Shown one piece after another: positions 1 through 12,800 of a stretch of DNA of 64,000 nucleotides; within the stretch, counting starts at the first letter, position 1, and each line of letters begins with the position of its first letter. Below the pieces are notes generated by a model, which did no database searches, was not told where the DNA came from, and was given only the letters and a program-made list of their open reading frames with translations. Both the position numbers and the translations under genes were made by a program. Source of the DNA: the human T2T-CHM13v2.0 reference genome, Homo sapiens; the NCBI RefSeq assembly GCF_009914755.1, contig NC_060942.1. One strand, 5' to 3'.

Positions 1-138
1 CTAAGATGTTTCAGAGATCATTTTGCAGTGAGCTGAATCTTTGGATGAAACAACATTGCAGCCTAATTCTGACCAATGCTGATTTTTTTTCTCCACAGAT
101 ATTTGCTTCAAGAAGAGAACACTTACATTCTTTTATGC

Positions 139-483
139 AGTTATAGAGGGAATGTTTGTGCCCCACCCCACAATTCATATGTTGAAATCCTAACACAGGA
201 TGCATTGGTACTAGGAGTTGTGGCCTTTGGAAGTTAATTAGGACATGAGGATGTGATTGATGCCCTTATAAAAGCGATCCCACTGAGATCCCTGATTCCT
301 TCTGCCATATGAGGACAGGTAGAGAAGACAGTCATCTGGAAACCAGGAAATGGGTCCCTGCCAGACAGAAAATCTGCCAGCACTTTGATATTGGACTTCC
401 CAGCCTTCAGAACTGTGAGAAACAGTTTTTGTTTAAGCCCTCTGTGCTATGACATATTTGTTATAGTAGCTGAAACTAAGACA
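139..483 (+). mobile_element. MLT1A-family MaLR solo LTR
   Basis: Has MLT1A-type start (ttatagagggaatgtttgtgcccc...ttcatatgttgaaatcctaa), internal ttggacttcccagccttcagaactgtgagaa and end gaaactaagaca; flanks tatgc/catgc look like a 5-bp TSD. Confidence 0.8.
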
Positions 484-610
484 CATGCTAGTCTCCCCAT
501 CAGAATCTGCTTTCAGAAAATTTCAGCCTAAAATAGGTCTGCAAGGTGATCCAGAAAGAAATTAGTAGCACATTTATTTAAATTTTTTATCCAAAATATT
601 AGAGGACATT

Positions 611-912
611 GGCTGGGTGCTGGTGGCTCATGCCTGTAATCCCAGCACTTTGGAAGGCTGAGGTGGGCAGATCACCTGGGGTTGGGAGTTCGAGACCAGC
701 CTGACTAACATGGAGAAACCCTGCCTCTACTGAAAATACAAAATTAGCCAGGCGTGGTGGCACATGCCTGTAATCCCAGCTACTTGAGAGGCTGAGGCAG
801 GAGAATTGCTTGAACCTGGGAGGCAGAGGTTGAGGGTGAGCTGAGATCGTGCCACTTCACTCTAGCCTGGGTGACAGAGCAAGACTCCATCTCAAAAAAA
901 AAAAAAAAAAAA
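611..912 (+). mobile_element. Alu, AluS (Sp/Sx-like), full length
   Basis: Dimeric Alu with A-tail; ctgactaacatggagaaacc is Sp-like; TSD attagaggacat at 598-609 and 913-924. Confidence 0.95.
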
Positions 913-1427
913 ATTAGAGGACATCACATTTCACTAATGGACATGGAGTTTGCCCTCATATATGTTGCCAGGTATCACGCACAATGTAAGAGATACCCCA
1001 AGAGAAGAGGGAGAGTTGTCAATGCATAAGAGTTTCCACTCATATTCACATGATTGACTGGATTTATTTGTATTAAATTATCTAATGTAGCTAAACTACA
1101 CAGTACAAAAAGATAGCTGACAAAGATACTTGTAAAAAGTACCAGAGATTGACAATAATCCTAATGATACAAGTAAATGGAAAGCAAGTCATACAGCGTT
1201 GATAGTTCTTGCTCACCACTAGAAGAGATGACCTTTTTACACATGGATTCCCTCAGAAGCCCACCTTGACTATAGCTGGTGTTGACTACAGCTGGTGTGA
1301 AAGACCAGATTAATGGAGTTAGAAAAGTTTTAGATCCAGTCTGTCATATGCTTGCTATTTAAAGGTATGTGTTGGTTTTGTTTTTTTGTTTTTGCCACAT
1401 TCACTTTAGTTTTTTAATAAATATTTT

Positions 1428-2095
1428 CCTAGTACCCACTAGTTATTTTTTCTGCTCCTCTCCCCCTCCTCCCACCTTCCACCCTCAAGTAGACCCCCGT
1501 GTCTGTTGTTCCCTTTGTGTGTTCATGAGTTCTGATTTAGCTCCCACTTATAAGTGAGAACACGCGGTATTTGGTTTTCTGTTCCTGTGTTAGTTTGCTA
1601 AGGATAACAGCGTCAAGTTCCATCCATGTTTTCACAGAGGACATGACCTCTTTCTTTTTTTATGGCTGCTTAGTATACTATGGTGTATATGTACCATATT
1701 TTCTTTGTCCATTCTGTCGTTCATGGGCATTTAGGTTGATTCCATTTGTTTGTTATTGTGAATAGTGCTGCAATGAACATTTACGTGCCTGTGTTTTTAT
1801 GGTAAAATGATTCATATTCCTCTGGGTGTATACTCAGTAATTGGATTGCTGGGTGGAATGGTACTTCTGTTTTAGCTCTTTGAGGAATTGCCACACTGCT
1901 TTCTACAATGGTTGAACTAATTTACACTCCCACCAAAAGTGTATAAGTGTTCCATTTTCACTGCTACCTTGCCAGCATCTCTTATTTTTTGATTTTTTAA
2001 TAATTGCCATTCTTACTGGTGTAAGATGGTTCTCATTATGGCTTTGATTTGCATTTCTCTAATGATCAGTGACATTTAACCTTTTTTCATATGCT
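1428..2095 (-). mobile_element. L1 (L1PA13-16/L1PB-like), inverted segment of ORF2 end and 3' UTR
   Basis: Antisense L1 3' region (cccacttataagtgagaacacgcggtatttgg; tttacactcccaccaaaagtgt; ttgatttgcatttctctaatgat). Confidence 0.9.
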
Positions 2096-2215
2096 CTAGG
2101 CTTAATACCTGGGTGACAAAATAATCTGTACAAGAAACCCCCATGAAACAAGTTTACCTATATAACAAACCTTCACATGTATCCCAGAACCTAAAATAAA
2201 ATGTAAAAACAAAAA
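2096..2215 (+). mobile_element. L1 3' terminus and A-rich tail (non-inverted part of the same insertion)
   Basis: ctaggcttaatacctgggtgacaaaataatctgtaca...cacatgtatcccagaacctaaaataaaa continues L1 from the point where the inverted segment begins. Confidence 0.88.
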
Positions 2216-2423
2216 GAACAGAGAAAAATGAAAAGTAAAACTGTTCAACACACCTTATATCAATGCAGTCCAGTTACTATTAGAAGAGAACAATTAGAAG
2301 CAGAGCTCTCTGAAATTAAAAAAGCTAGAAAAGGGATGACCTCATTTGAGTTATGTCTTTGAGATTGAAAATAAAAGAATTACAAACTGTTATTATCAGA
2401 GACTAACAATAAAAAAAGAAATA

Positions 2424-2725
<302 letters not shown>

Positions 2726-4374
2726 TCAAAATGGGTCACTCATTGTGACTTTCTAAATTTATGTCATTTTTTTTCCTTTTACAAAAATGAATGTGCATAC
2801 TAATTTTCTATTTCCTTTCACCATCTGTTACTATAAGCTCTTGGACAAAATATAGATACACATCATAGATATTAAATAAATATTTTCCAAAAATGAAAAT
2901 TAAATCAAATCACAGAGATATCATGTCTTCTAACCCTTGCATAAATTTTTCTTTTGACACGTCACCTGGTTAAAACAATGTCAGTCTAAATGTGTCAAGA
3001 AGTTAGGCAATTAAACAACACATTACTAAAATTATTCATAATTTTAGTGTGTTTTTTGAACAAAATTCAATTTTAGAAATTTTAGTTTACCTTACTAACA
3101 GAATTTATTGAGTCATTATTCCTATAAGAGAGCGTCACACTGAGACTATGACAGTTTCATTCTACGTAGAGAGGAAAAGACCTTCTACATGTGGCTTGCC
3201 CCTGTTAATTACTACTACATTATACTAACTTTATAAAAGCTTCATTTAAGCTCCACCCTTCACCCAAGAGCCTGTGTAGTTTACATGTAATTATTAGCAG
3301 ATTGCCTCAGAAATCTCCATCCAGAATCCATTCTCATGACTTCCGCCATTAACTTTTGTAGTTACAGTCGTTGCTCCCTCAAGCACCATTTTCATCATAT
3401 TACTCAAGACTTTGAAGTAGATGTCTATACTATTTAACATAAATTCTAAAATTCTCAGTCAACACCACAAATATCTGCTTTAATCACTTCTGCAATTTAA
3501 GAAAACATATTTCTTTAAACTAAGATAAGCACTTGTCCTTTGGTATATCTGGGTTACTATCTCAACTACCAGTGTTTGCTTGCTGTTTTTATTATCTCAC
3601 TGTGTTTCCTTTTATCTTACATTCACTCTTTCCTATACTTTCATTATAAATGTAAAATCATTATGTTTTCTCTATCAAATAAAAATATCATTTTAGAACA
3701 ACCATTCATAAAAATCTTGAAGAAAAGCCTTTAGTTATTATTGATAATAAATTGTGGCTTATTTGGTCATCATTATAAATATGACAAATTCTTAAAGCTA
3801 TTACTTCCAGTTAAAAAAGTAAATGAAGTACAGTACATTCAGCTATACATTTAGGGAGATAATTAATGACAATTTGTTAGGCTCACAGTTTCATAAATAC
3901 ATGGTCTTTTGGAATATTAAAGTTTAGAAATTCTATACTTAACACCAATGTGCTATTTGATAAACAATATGACTTTCAACTTATTATAATAGTAATTGAA
4001 TTTTAATATAAAATGTAAATCTCGTATTTTAAATATATCATATAAAAATTATTTTGCATGAGAACAAAAAATATTCCTTTTAAAAGTATAAAACAATGAT
4101 TAGAAAATACATCTAAATAAAAACTTAAGAAATAAAAGTATATATCTCTAGATTTTCTCATTTTAAAAAAAGATTAATTTTTTTAACACTCACTTTAAAC
4201 ATGAGGGCTATATGAAAGAGATTATATTTGAATATAATGAAATATAAGCTAAAATATGATTTCAAGAAAAGAAATACAGTGTCTGAATGTAGTGATTAAA
4301 TATTGGTGGGCACTCATCTAAGTGATGGTGCACCTATATTACCTGTAACACAGCATAAAGAAAGTGCAGTTTGA

Positions 4375-4692
<318 letters not shown>

Positions 4693-5994
4693 CATATCTT
4701 TAATATTCTTTTTACTGAAGTGAGAGACGATATAAAAAAACGAAAATAATTTCTCAGAATCATGTATTCCCAGATTGTTCTAGGTGTAGACATCCTTGTT
4801 ACTTGTTACTTTTAACATTCCTTCTAACATAACAACTCTTTACTTAAAACCATAAAAGAAATAATCAAAATCACAAGGAGAGGAAATCTAGAAGTTGTCA
4901 TATTTTAGTTTAATATTTGTTTCACCTTCACAAGTTGATAATTTTAGAACTAGTTAATGTTGTTACTGTTCATTTATTCTTAAAAATTTGGAAGTTATAT
5001 AACTTGGTAGAAGTAGATTTGAAGAAAACCTTTATAGGTAAACTATAATAAAATCTACATAAAAACCAGATTAACTGCTAAAATGCTACATTGACTTCTA
5101 ATATATTATGATAATTTAGGCCATTTTATTAAATGCACATTGCCAAATTAAGCTTAATTTAAAAGTCTCTCCTAGGATATGCAACTAACAATTAAAACAG
5201 AACGAAACAAATTTATTGTCATTACCACTATTACTTCTAAATGTTCAGCCGTATCATTGGCATTCTGATGATTTTATTTTCTTTCTGTTCATTTCCTAAT
5301 TTTGTCTCATATTTAGACTTTATCTCTTTGAGTACACACTTAAAAATTGGTTTTATCACCCTGTTGTATATAAGAAAATATATTTTCATGTTAGTAAGCA
5401 TAACATTTTGTTAAGGGCACTAAAGGTTTTTATTCTGATGCATGTTTATAGTTTGATTAACAATATGAGTATCATTAGCGTTTTCTCCCAAATGTTTTCA
5501 AAATTATCTAGTGATACTTTTTTCCAGATGCGTTTATACAGAACCATTGCAGTAATGTTTTAGCATAATGTTAAAATATCTACAAGATAATAAATTGATT
5601 ATGTTTTAGTGGTTTTGATATGTTCAGAGCAAAATTTCTACTTCATTCTTTGCTAAGCAAAATAAAAAGAGAACAATTCCCATAGCAATAGTTATATAAT
5701 AATAATAAATTTAATATTTCATTCTTACCTGTTTCAGGATCTTTTCTGGTACCCATGTTAGAGGGTGCTTATAAAGATTTCACCATGATGGAGTAAGAGA
5801 CATAAAACTGGATAAATGTAAGTATTTCAAGAATTGATCTCATTTGTATCCTTTTAACATAATTACTGTAATAAATATTTTTAATATGTGTTTTTTCTTC
5901 TCAATGTCAAGTTCAACAGACAAATATGTCTTCACTTGTTTATTTCCCTATGTAAGAATTGATTAGTCAAAAATATATTTTTGGATGTTTATGA

Positions 5995-6095
5995 CTGTGT
6001 CTATGTGAATATCTAAACACATATATGTACATGTATTTGCATATATGTGTCTATGCATATTTGTATGTGTGTACATATATATGTATGTGTAAACA
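5995..6095. repeat. Degenerate (TA/TG)n low-complexity tract
   Basis: Alternating purine-pyrimidine run tatgtgtgtacatatatatgtatgtg. Confidence 0.7.
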
Positions 6096-6894
6096 CAGGT
6101 TGTAGTTAGTTGCTCAGCATCTAGAAAGTAAAATCTCCTTATAGTTTATGTACATGATACTACCCTAAGTAAAATGAAATTTGAAATACTAATCTCTAGT
6201 CAAAAATGTATACGATATATATGTGTGAAAACAAAATAAAATAAAAAATGCATACGATTTATTGATTTTTTCATTAGTCTGGATAATCAGAAATCAACTG
6301 TAATATGTGGTAAAATATTTGCTAAAATCACATGTATGTAACATTTGCTTAAAAGCATATTGTAGTTACAGTAGTCTAAAGTAGTCGATTTTGGACTCTA
6401 TTCTACCAGTGTTTAAAAAATTGTCTTAATCTCTAGTCTGTATTTCTTCATGTGGTTCATGGAATGAATTTTCTAAAAATGCAAGGCTTTTTAAAAAACA
6501 TAATCTGAATCAAAAACATTTTTCTGTGACTTTTCCATGAAACTAATCATTAGTTACATATTCCTTCTTCACTTACACAAACAGGCCCACAATGCTCTAA
6601 ACAAACCCTTTCTTCTATTTTCCTTTCTTTTGCTAGCATTGGTTTTGATATTTGTCTTTTCTTAAAAAGGTAGTCACCCCTACTTCTAGTCATTATCCAC
6701 CTCCATGCCTGGGAAATGCCAGTGGTCACTTGACTTCAGATTAACTCAGAAAATCATGTGGACAAATATCGTTTGCTAGAGATTACTTTCAGGCCTTTTT
6801 TTTTTTTTGTATTTATTTGCTCAGAAAACTTGTTCACGGTGAGTTATTTCTGAAGCAGAGTTTTGTCTATTGTCTCACTGTCAAAAAACTATAT

Positions 6895-6940
6895 GATAGA
6901 TGGATAGATAGATAGATACAGAGATAGAGATAGATGATAT
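6895..6940. repeat. Imperfect (GATA)n microsatellite
   Basis: gatagatggatagatagatagatacagagatagagatagatgat. Confidence 0.85.
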
Positions 6941-7009
6941 CAATATCTATATATACTTGATTATACTCTGAGCCACAACTACCCTCAATGACTTTACTTT
7001 GGAAACCAG

Positions 7010-7110
7010 GAGCCAAACTGTCATTTGCAGATGATTTGGTCATCTACCTAAAAAATCTCAAGATAGTTAATAAAAAAAAATTCCACCTGTTTAAAAGGTT
7101 AAGAAAATTA
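7010..7110 (+). mobile_element. Old L1 ORF2 fragment at the RT FADD motif
   Basis: Translates as [14 protein letters not shown], the L1 reverse transcriptase motif; more diverged than the adjoining L1PA. Confidence 0.6.
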
Positions 7111-7114
7111 CAAT

Positions 7115-8540
7115 ATACAGTAACCAAAATAGCATGGGACTGGTACCAAAACAGATATATAGACCAATGGAACAGAACGGAGGCCTCAGAAATAACTCCA
7201 CACATATAAAACCATTTGATCTTTGACAAACCTGACAAAAACAAGAAATGGGGAAAGGATTGTCTATTTAATAAGTGGTGTTGGGAAAACTGGCTAGCCA
7301 TATGCAGAAAACTGAAACTGGACCCCTTCCTTACATCTTATACAAAAATTAACTCAAGATGGATTAAAGACTTAAATGTAAGACCTAAAACCATAAAAAC
7401 CCTAGAAGAAAACCTAGGCATTACCATTCAGTGCATAGGTATGGGCAAAGGCTTCACGTCTAAAACACCAAAAGCAATGGCAACAAAAGCCAAAATTGAC
7501 AAATGGGATCTAATTAAACTAAAGAGCTTCTGCACAGCAAAAGAAACTATCATCAGAGTGAACAGGCAACCTACAGAATGGGAGAAAGTTTTTGCAATCT
7601 ATGCATCTGACAAAGGGCTAATGCCCAGAATCTACAAAGAACTTAAACAAATTTACAAAACAAACAAACAAACAAACACATCAAAACGTGGGTGAAGGAT
7701 ATGAACAGACACTTCTCAAAAGAAGACATTTATGCAGCCAACAAACATATGTAAAAAAGCTCATCATCACTGGTCATTAGAGAAATGCAAATCAAAACCA
7801 CAATGAGATACCATCTCACACCAGTTAGAATAGCGATCACTAAAAAGTCAGGAAACAATAGATGCTGGAGAGGATGTGGAGAAATAGGAATACTTTTACG
7901 CTGTTGGTGGGAGCATAAATTAGTTCAACCATTGTGTAAAACAGTGTGGTGATTCCTCAAGGATCTAGAACCAGAAATACCATTTGACCCAGCAATCCCA
8001 TTACTGGATATATACTTAAAGGATTATAAATCATTCTACTATAAAGATACATGCACACATATGTTTATTGCAGCACCGTTCACAATAGCAAAGACTTGGA
8101 ACCAGCCCAAATGCCCATCAATGATAGACTGGATAAAGAAAATGTGGCATATATACATCATGGAATACTATGCCATATAAAATACATAAAAAATACAGCC
8201 ATATAAAAAGATGAGTTCATGTCCTTTGCAGGAACATGGATGAAGCTGGAAACTATCATTCTCAGCAAACTAACACAGGGACAGAAAACCAAACACCGCA
8301 TGTTCTCACTCATAAGTGGGAGTTTTATAATGAGAACACATGGACACAGGGAGGGGACCATCACACACTAAGGCCCGTCGGGGGTGATGGGTTAGGGCAG
8401 GGAAAGCATTAGGAGAAATACCTAATGTAGATGATGGGTTGATGGGTGCAGCAAACCACTATGGAACGTGTATACCTATGCAAGAAACCTGCACTTTCTG
8501 CACATGTACCCCCGAACTTAAAGTATAATAAAAAAAGAAA
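7115..8540 (+). mobile_element. 5'-truncated L1PA (L1PA7-like): ORF2 C-terminus, 3' UTR and A-tail
   Basis: ORF 7216-7695 is L1 ORF2p ([22 protein letters not shown]...[19 protein letters not shown]); 3' UTR cctaatgtagatgatgggttgatgggtgcagcaaacc...aacttaaagtataataaaa. Confidence 0.95.
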
Positions 8541-9201
8541 ATGAATATATGAAATAATTACATCATATTTTTATTTATAAAGTTACATCATATTTCTGTT
8601 TTCTTTGTGTAATTCTATATTCTAAATGCTTTATATCAAGAAGAATTTCAGACATACAAACAAGTAGTTAGACCAGTATAATGAATCCATTTCTGCATCA
8701 GTTAAAGGCTGTATTACCTATATCCCCACCCACCATTTTTCCATATTATTCTGAGTCATTTTATCCTATGATCTATCAAATTTCAATATGTATTTCTAAA
8801 GAAGTACTACCTTTAATTAGTGTAATTAAAAATATTCTTATCACACCTAAGGAAATAATATTTCTTCAATAGGACCAAATTTTCAAATTCCCATTATCTC
8901 AAAAATATTCAATATCAGAAAATTTCTCTGTAATGATCATAAATTTCATATTTGGCCTTCCTCTTTATTTTTTCAAAATGTATTTCTTCAACAAGTCTAG
9001 TTGTTACTCAGATATTTTCTTTTACAATTTAGTTTACAGTTATAACTTAGTCTTTTAATATATAAAAAGAAATTAGCAACAATTTTTAGTAAAGTGTATG
9101 CAAAATTGCAGTAGATACTTTGTGTGGAAGAGATAATGGAGTCATAGATTTTAGCCTCTACAAAATCAAAATATATTTTGTATTAGTGCTTGTCAGCTAA
9201 A

Positions 9202-9234
9202 TGTGAGTGTGTGTGTGTGCGTGTGTGTGTGTGT
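9202..9234. repeat. (TG)n microsatellite
   Basis: tgtgagtgtgtgtgtgtgcgtgtgtgtgtgtgt. Confidence 0.9.
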
Positions 9235-9862
9235 ATAAGATATGTTTATAATATTTGTAATTGCTTTATATGACTTAGGGCAAGGTCTCTCATCTACTTC
9301 TGAGTATACTGTCTTGATTTGCTCTGCCTTTGGCATCCGTATAACTCCCTCTGAAACTTCTTCCCAAAGTTTTTGCTCCTCCTTATTCTAAAGTAATATA
9401 CAAAAAAAAAAAATTGATTTTCCTGGAGCTAGAAATGTATTACTGTAATAGTTTAGTACTGCTAAAAGTGGCATTCAGAGAAAGAAGACATTGATACAAC
9501 TAGAGATGTACATCTGGTGCTGAGCCTTGGAACATTCAAGATTGAAATGTACATTTCCTTATGGTGTCCATTGTTAGATTTTTAGATGCAGAAAATTATA
9601 ATATACAATAAGTCCCATATCCTGCTCTAGGTTGCAATTGACAGAGTGCAGCACACATCCCTAAATAATTGTAATTGCATTTTCTAAATACATTAAAAAG
9701 AAATACTTCCTACTGTTGGCAAACCATCTATGTTTTTTTCTTCCCATTTCTGTGGATATAAGAACTAGAGTTTATCCTCAACAAATTGCACTGATTCCTG
9801 ATAATATATAAGGCATTTTTTTGTGTATCCATTTTATTTATTATTTACAAAATTGCGTATCT

Positions 9863-12800
9863 ATTTTATTTATTTATTTAGTTTTTTACAATTTCAATAG
9901 CTTTTGGGGTACAATTGGGTTTTGATTACATGGATAAGTTGTATAGTGGTGAAGTCTGAGATTTTCACGCACCTGTCACTCAAGTAGTGTACATTGTACC
10001 CAATGTGCAGTTTCTGTATCCCTCACTCCCTTCCCACCCTCCCCCTTCTGAGTCTCCAGGGTCCATTATACCACTCTGCATGCCTTTGCTTACCCAGAGC
10101 TTTGTTCCCATTTATAAGTGAGAACACACTGTATTGGATTTTCCGTTCCTGAGTTACTTTCCTTAGAATAATGGCCTCCAGCTCTATCCAAGTTTCTACA
10201 AAAGGCATTATTTCATTCTTTATCTGTGGCTGAGTAGTATTCCGTGGTGTACATGTATTACATGTTCTTTATCCACTCATTGGTTGATAAGCACTTAGGT
10301 TGGTTCCATATCTTTGCAATTGTAAACTGTGCTGCAATAAACATGCACATGCAGGTGTCTTTTTGATATAATAATTAATTTTCACTTGGCTAAATACTCA
10401 GTGGTAGGAAGTCTGGATTGAATGATGGGTGAACTTTCAGTTCTTTAAGAAATCTCCATATGCTTTCCATAGAGATTGTACTAATTCATGCTCCAACCAC
10501 CAGTGTATAAGCATTTCCTTTTCACCATATCCATGTCAACATCTATAGTTTTTTGACTTTTTAATAATGGTCATTCTTGCAGGGGTGAGTTGGTTGGTAT
10601 CTCATTTAATTTTTTTAATTTGCATTTCCCTGATGATTAGTGATGTTGAGCATTTTTTCATGTTTCTTGGCCATTAGTATGTCTTTTTTTTGAGAAATGT
10701 CTGTTCATGTCCTTTGCCCACTTTTTGAAGGGACTATTTGTTTTTTCTTGCTCATTTGTTTAAGTTCCTTGTAAATTCTGGACATTAGTACTTTGTCAGG
10801 TGCATAATTTGCAAATACTATCTCCCTTCCTGTGGACTGTCCATTTGATGATTATCCCTTTTGCTATGCAGAAGCTTTTTAGTTTAATTAGGTCCCATTT
10901 ATTTATTTCTGTTTTTCTTGCATTTGCTTTTGGGGTCTTAGTCACAAATCCTTTGCCTAGGCCAATGTCCAGAAGAGTTTTCCTTAGTCTATCTTCTATA
11001 AATTTTATGATTTTCGGTATTAGTTTTAAGTCTTTGATCCATCTTAAGCTGATTTTTGTATAAGGTGAGAGGTAGAGATCCAATTTCATTCTTCTACATG
11101 GGGCTATCCAGTTTTCCCAGCACCACTTATTAAATAGGATCTCCTTTCCTCAATTTATGTCTTTGCATGCTTTGTCAAAGATCAGTTAGTTGCAATAGGT
11201 TGATACATAAGTAATTGTGTTATTTTGCCATTACTTTCAATGAAAAAAACACAATTACTTGTGCATCAACTTGATGTTTGGCTTTGTTTCTGGGTAGGCT
11301 ATTCTGTTCCACTGATCTATGCACCTACTTTTATACCAGTACCATGCCATTTTGGTAACCATAGCCTTGTAGTATAATTGGAAGTCAGGTAATGTGATGC
11401 CTCCAGATTTGTTCTTTGATTGCTTTAGCTATTAAGGCTCTTTTTTGGTTCCACATGAATTTTAGGATTGTGTTTTCTGATTCTGTGAACAAAGATGTTG
11501 GTATTTTGACAAGAATTGCATGGAATCTGTAGACTGTTTTGGGCAATATGGTCATTTTCATGACATTGATTCTTCCAATCCATGAGCATGGAATGTGTTT
11601 TCATTTGCTTTTGTTACCTATGATTTCTTTCAGTAGTGTCTTGTAGTTCTTGTAGGGATCTTTTACTTCCTTGGTTAAGTATATTGCAAGGTTTTTTTGT
11701 TTTGTTTTTGTTTTTGTTTTTGGCAGCTATTGTAAAGGGAATTGAGATCTTGATTTGATTCTAATGTTGGTCATCGTTGGTGTATAGCAGTGCTACTGAT
11801 TTGTGTACATTGATTAATAATCTGTAGTCTTTTGGAGGAGTCTTAAGAGCTTTCTAGGTAATACAATCATATCCCTGGTAAACAGTCATAGTTTGACATC
11901 CTTTTTTCCAATTTGGATGCCTTTTATTTCTTTCTTTTTTCTGATTGGTCTGGTTAAGACTTTTAGTACGATATTGCATAGAAGTGGTGAACGTGAGCAT
12001 CCTTGTTTTGTTCCAGTTCTCAGAGGGAATGCTTTCAGCTTTTCCCCACTCAGTATGATGGTGGCTGTGGGTTTGTGATATATGGATTTAAATATATTAG
12101 GTTAGGTATGTTTCTTCTATGCATAGTTACTTGACTGTCATAAAGGGATTTTTATCATAAAGTGATGCTAGATGTTATTGAATGTTTTTCCTACATTTAT
12201 TGCAATAAATCCTATGGGTTTTATTGTTAATTCTGTTTATGTGATGTATCACACTTATTGACTTGTATATGTTAAAACATCTCTTCATCTTGGGATAAAA
12301 CTCACTTGATTATGGTGTATTATCTTTTTGATGTGAGGTTGGATTTGGTTAGCTAGTATTTTGTTGAGGATTTTTGAATCTACATTCATCAGGGATGTTG
12401 GTCTGTAGTTTGTTGTTGTTGTTGTTGTTGTTGCTGTTGTGTCCTTTTCTGGCTTTGGCATAAGGGTGATACTGACTCCATAAAATGTGTTAGGGAGGAT
12501 TCTTTCTCTCTCAATCTTTTGGAATAGTTTCAGTAGGGTTGGTTCCAATTCTTCTTTGACTGTCCGGAAGAATTCAGCTATGAATCCATCTGGTCCTGGA
12601 CCTTTTTCTCTTGGCAATTTTTTTTTAACTACTAATTCAATCTCATTGCTTGTTATTGGTCTTTTCTGGGTTACTATTTCTTTCTGATTTAATATAGGAG
12701 GGTTGTATGTTTCCAGAATTTATCCATTTTCTCTAGAGTTTCCCTATTATTTCAATAATTGTCTCAAATGATCTTTTGTATTTCTGGGGTGTCAATCGTA

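Noticed and set aside
7216-7695. 159-aa ORF as a gene
   Set aside because: It is a fragment of L1 ORF2p from a 5'-truncated, frameshifted copy.
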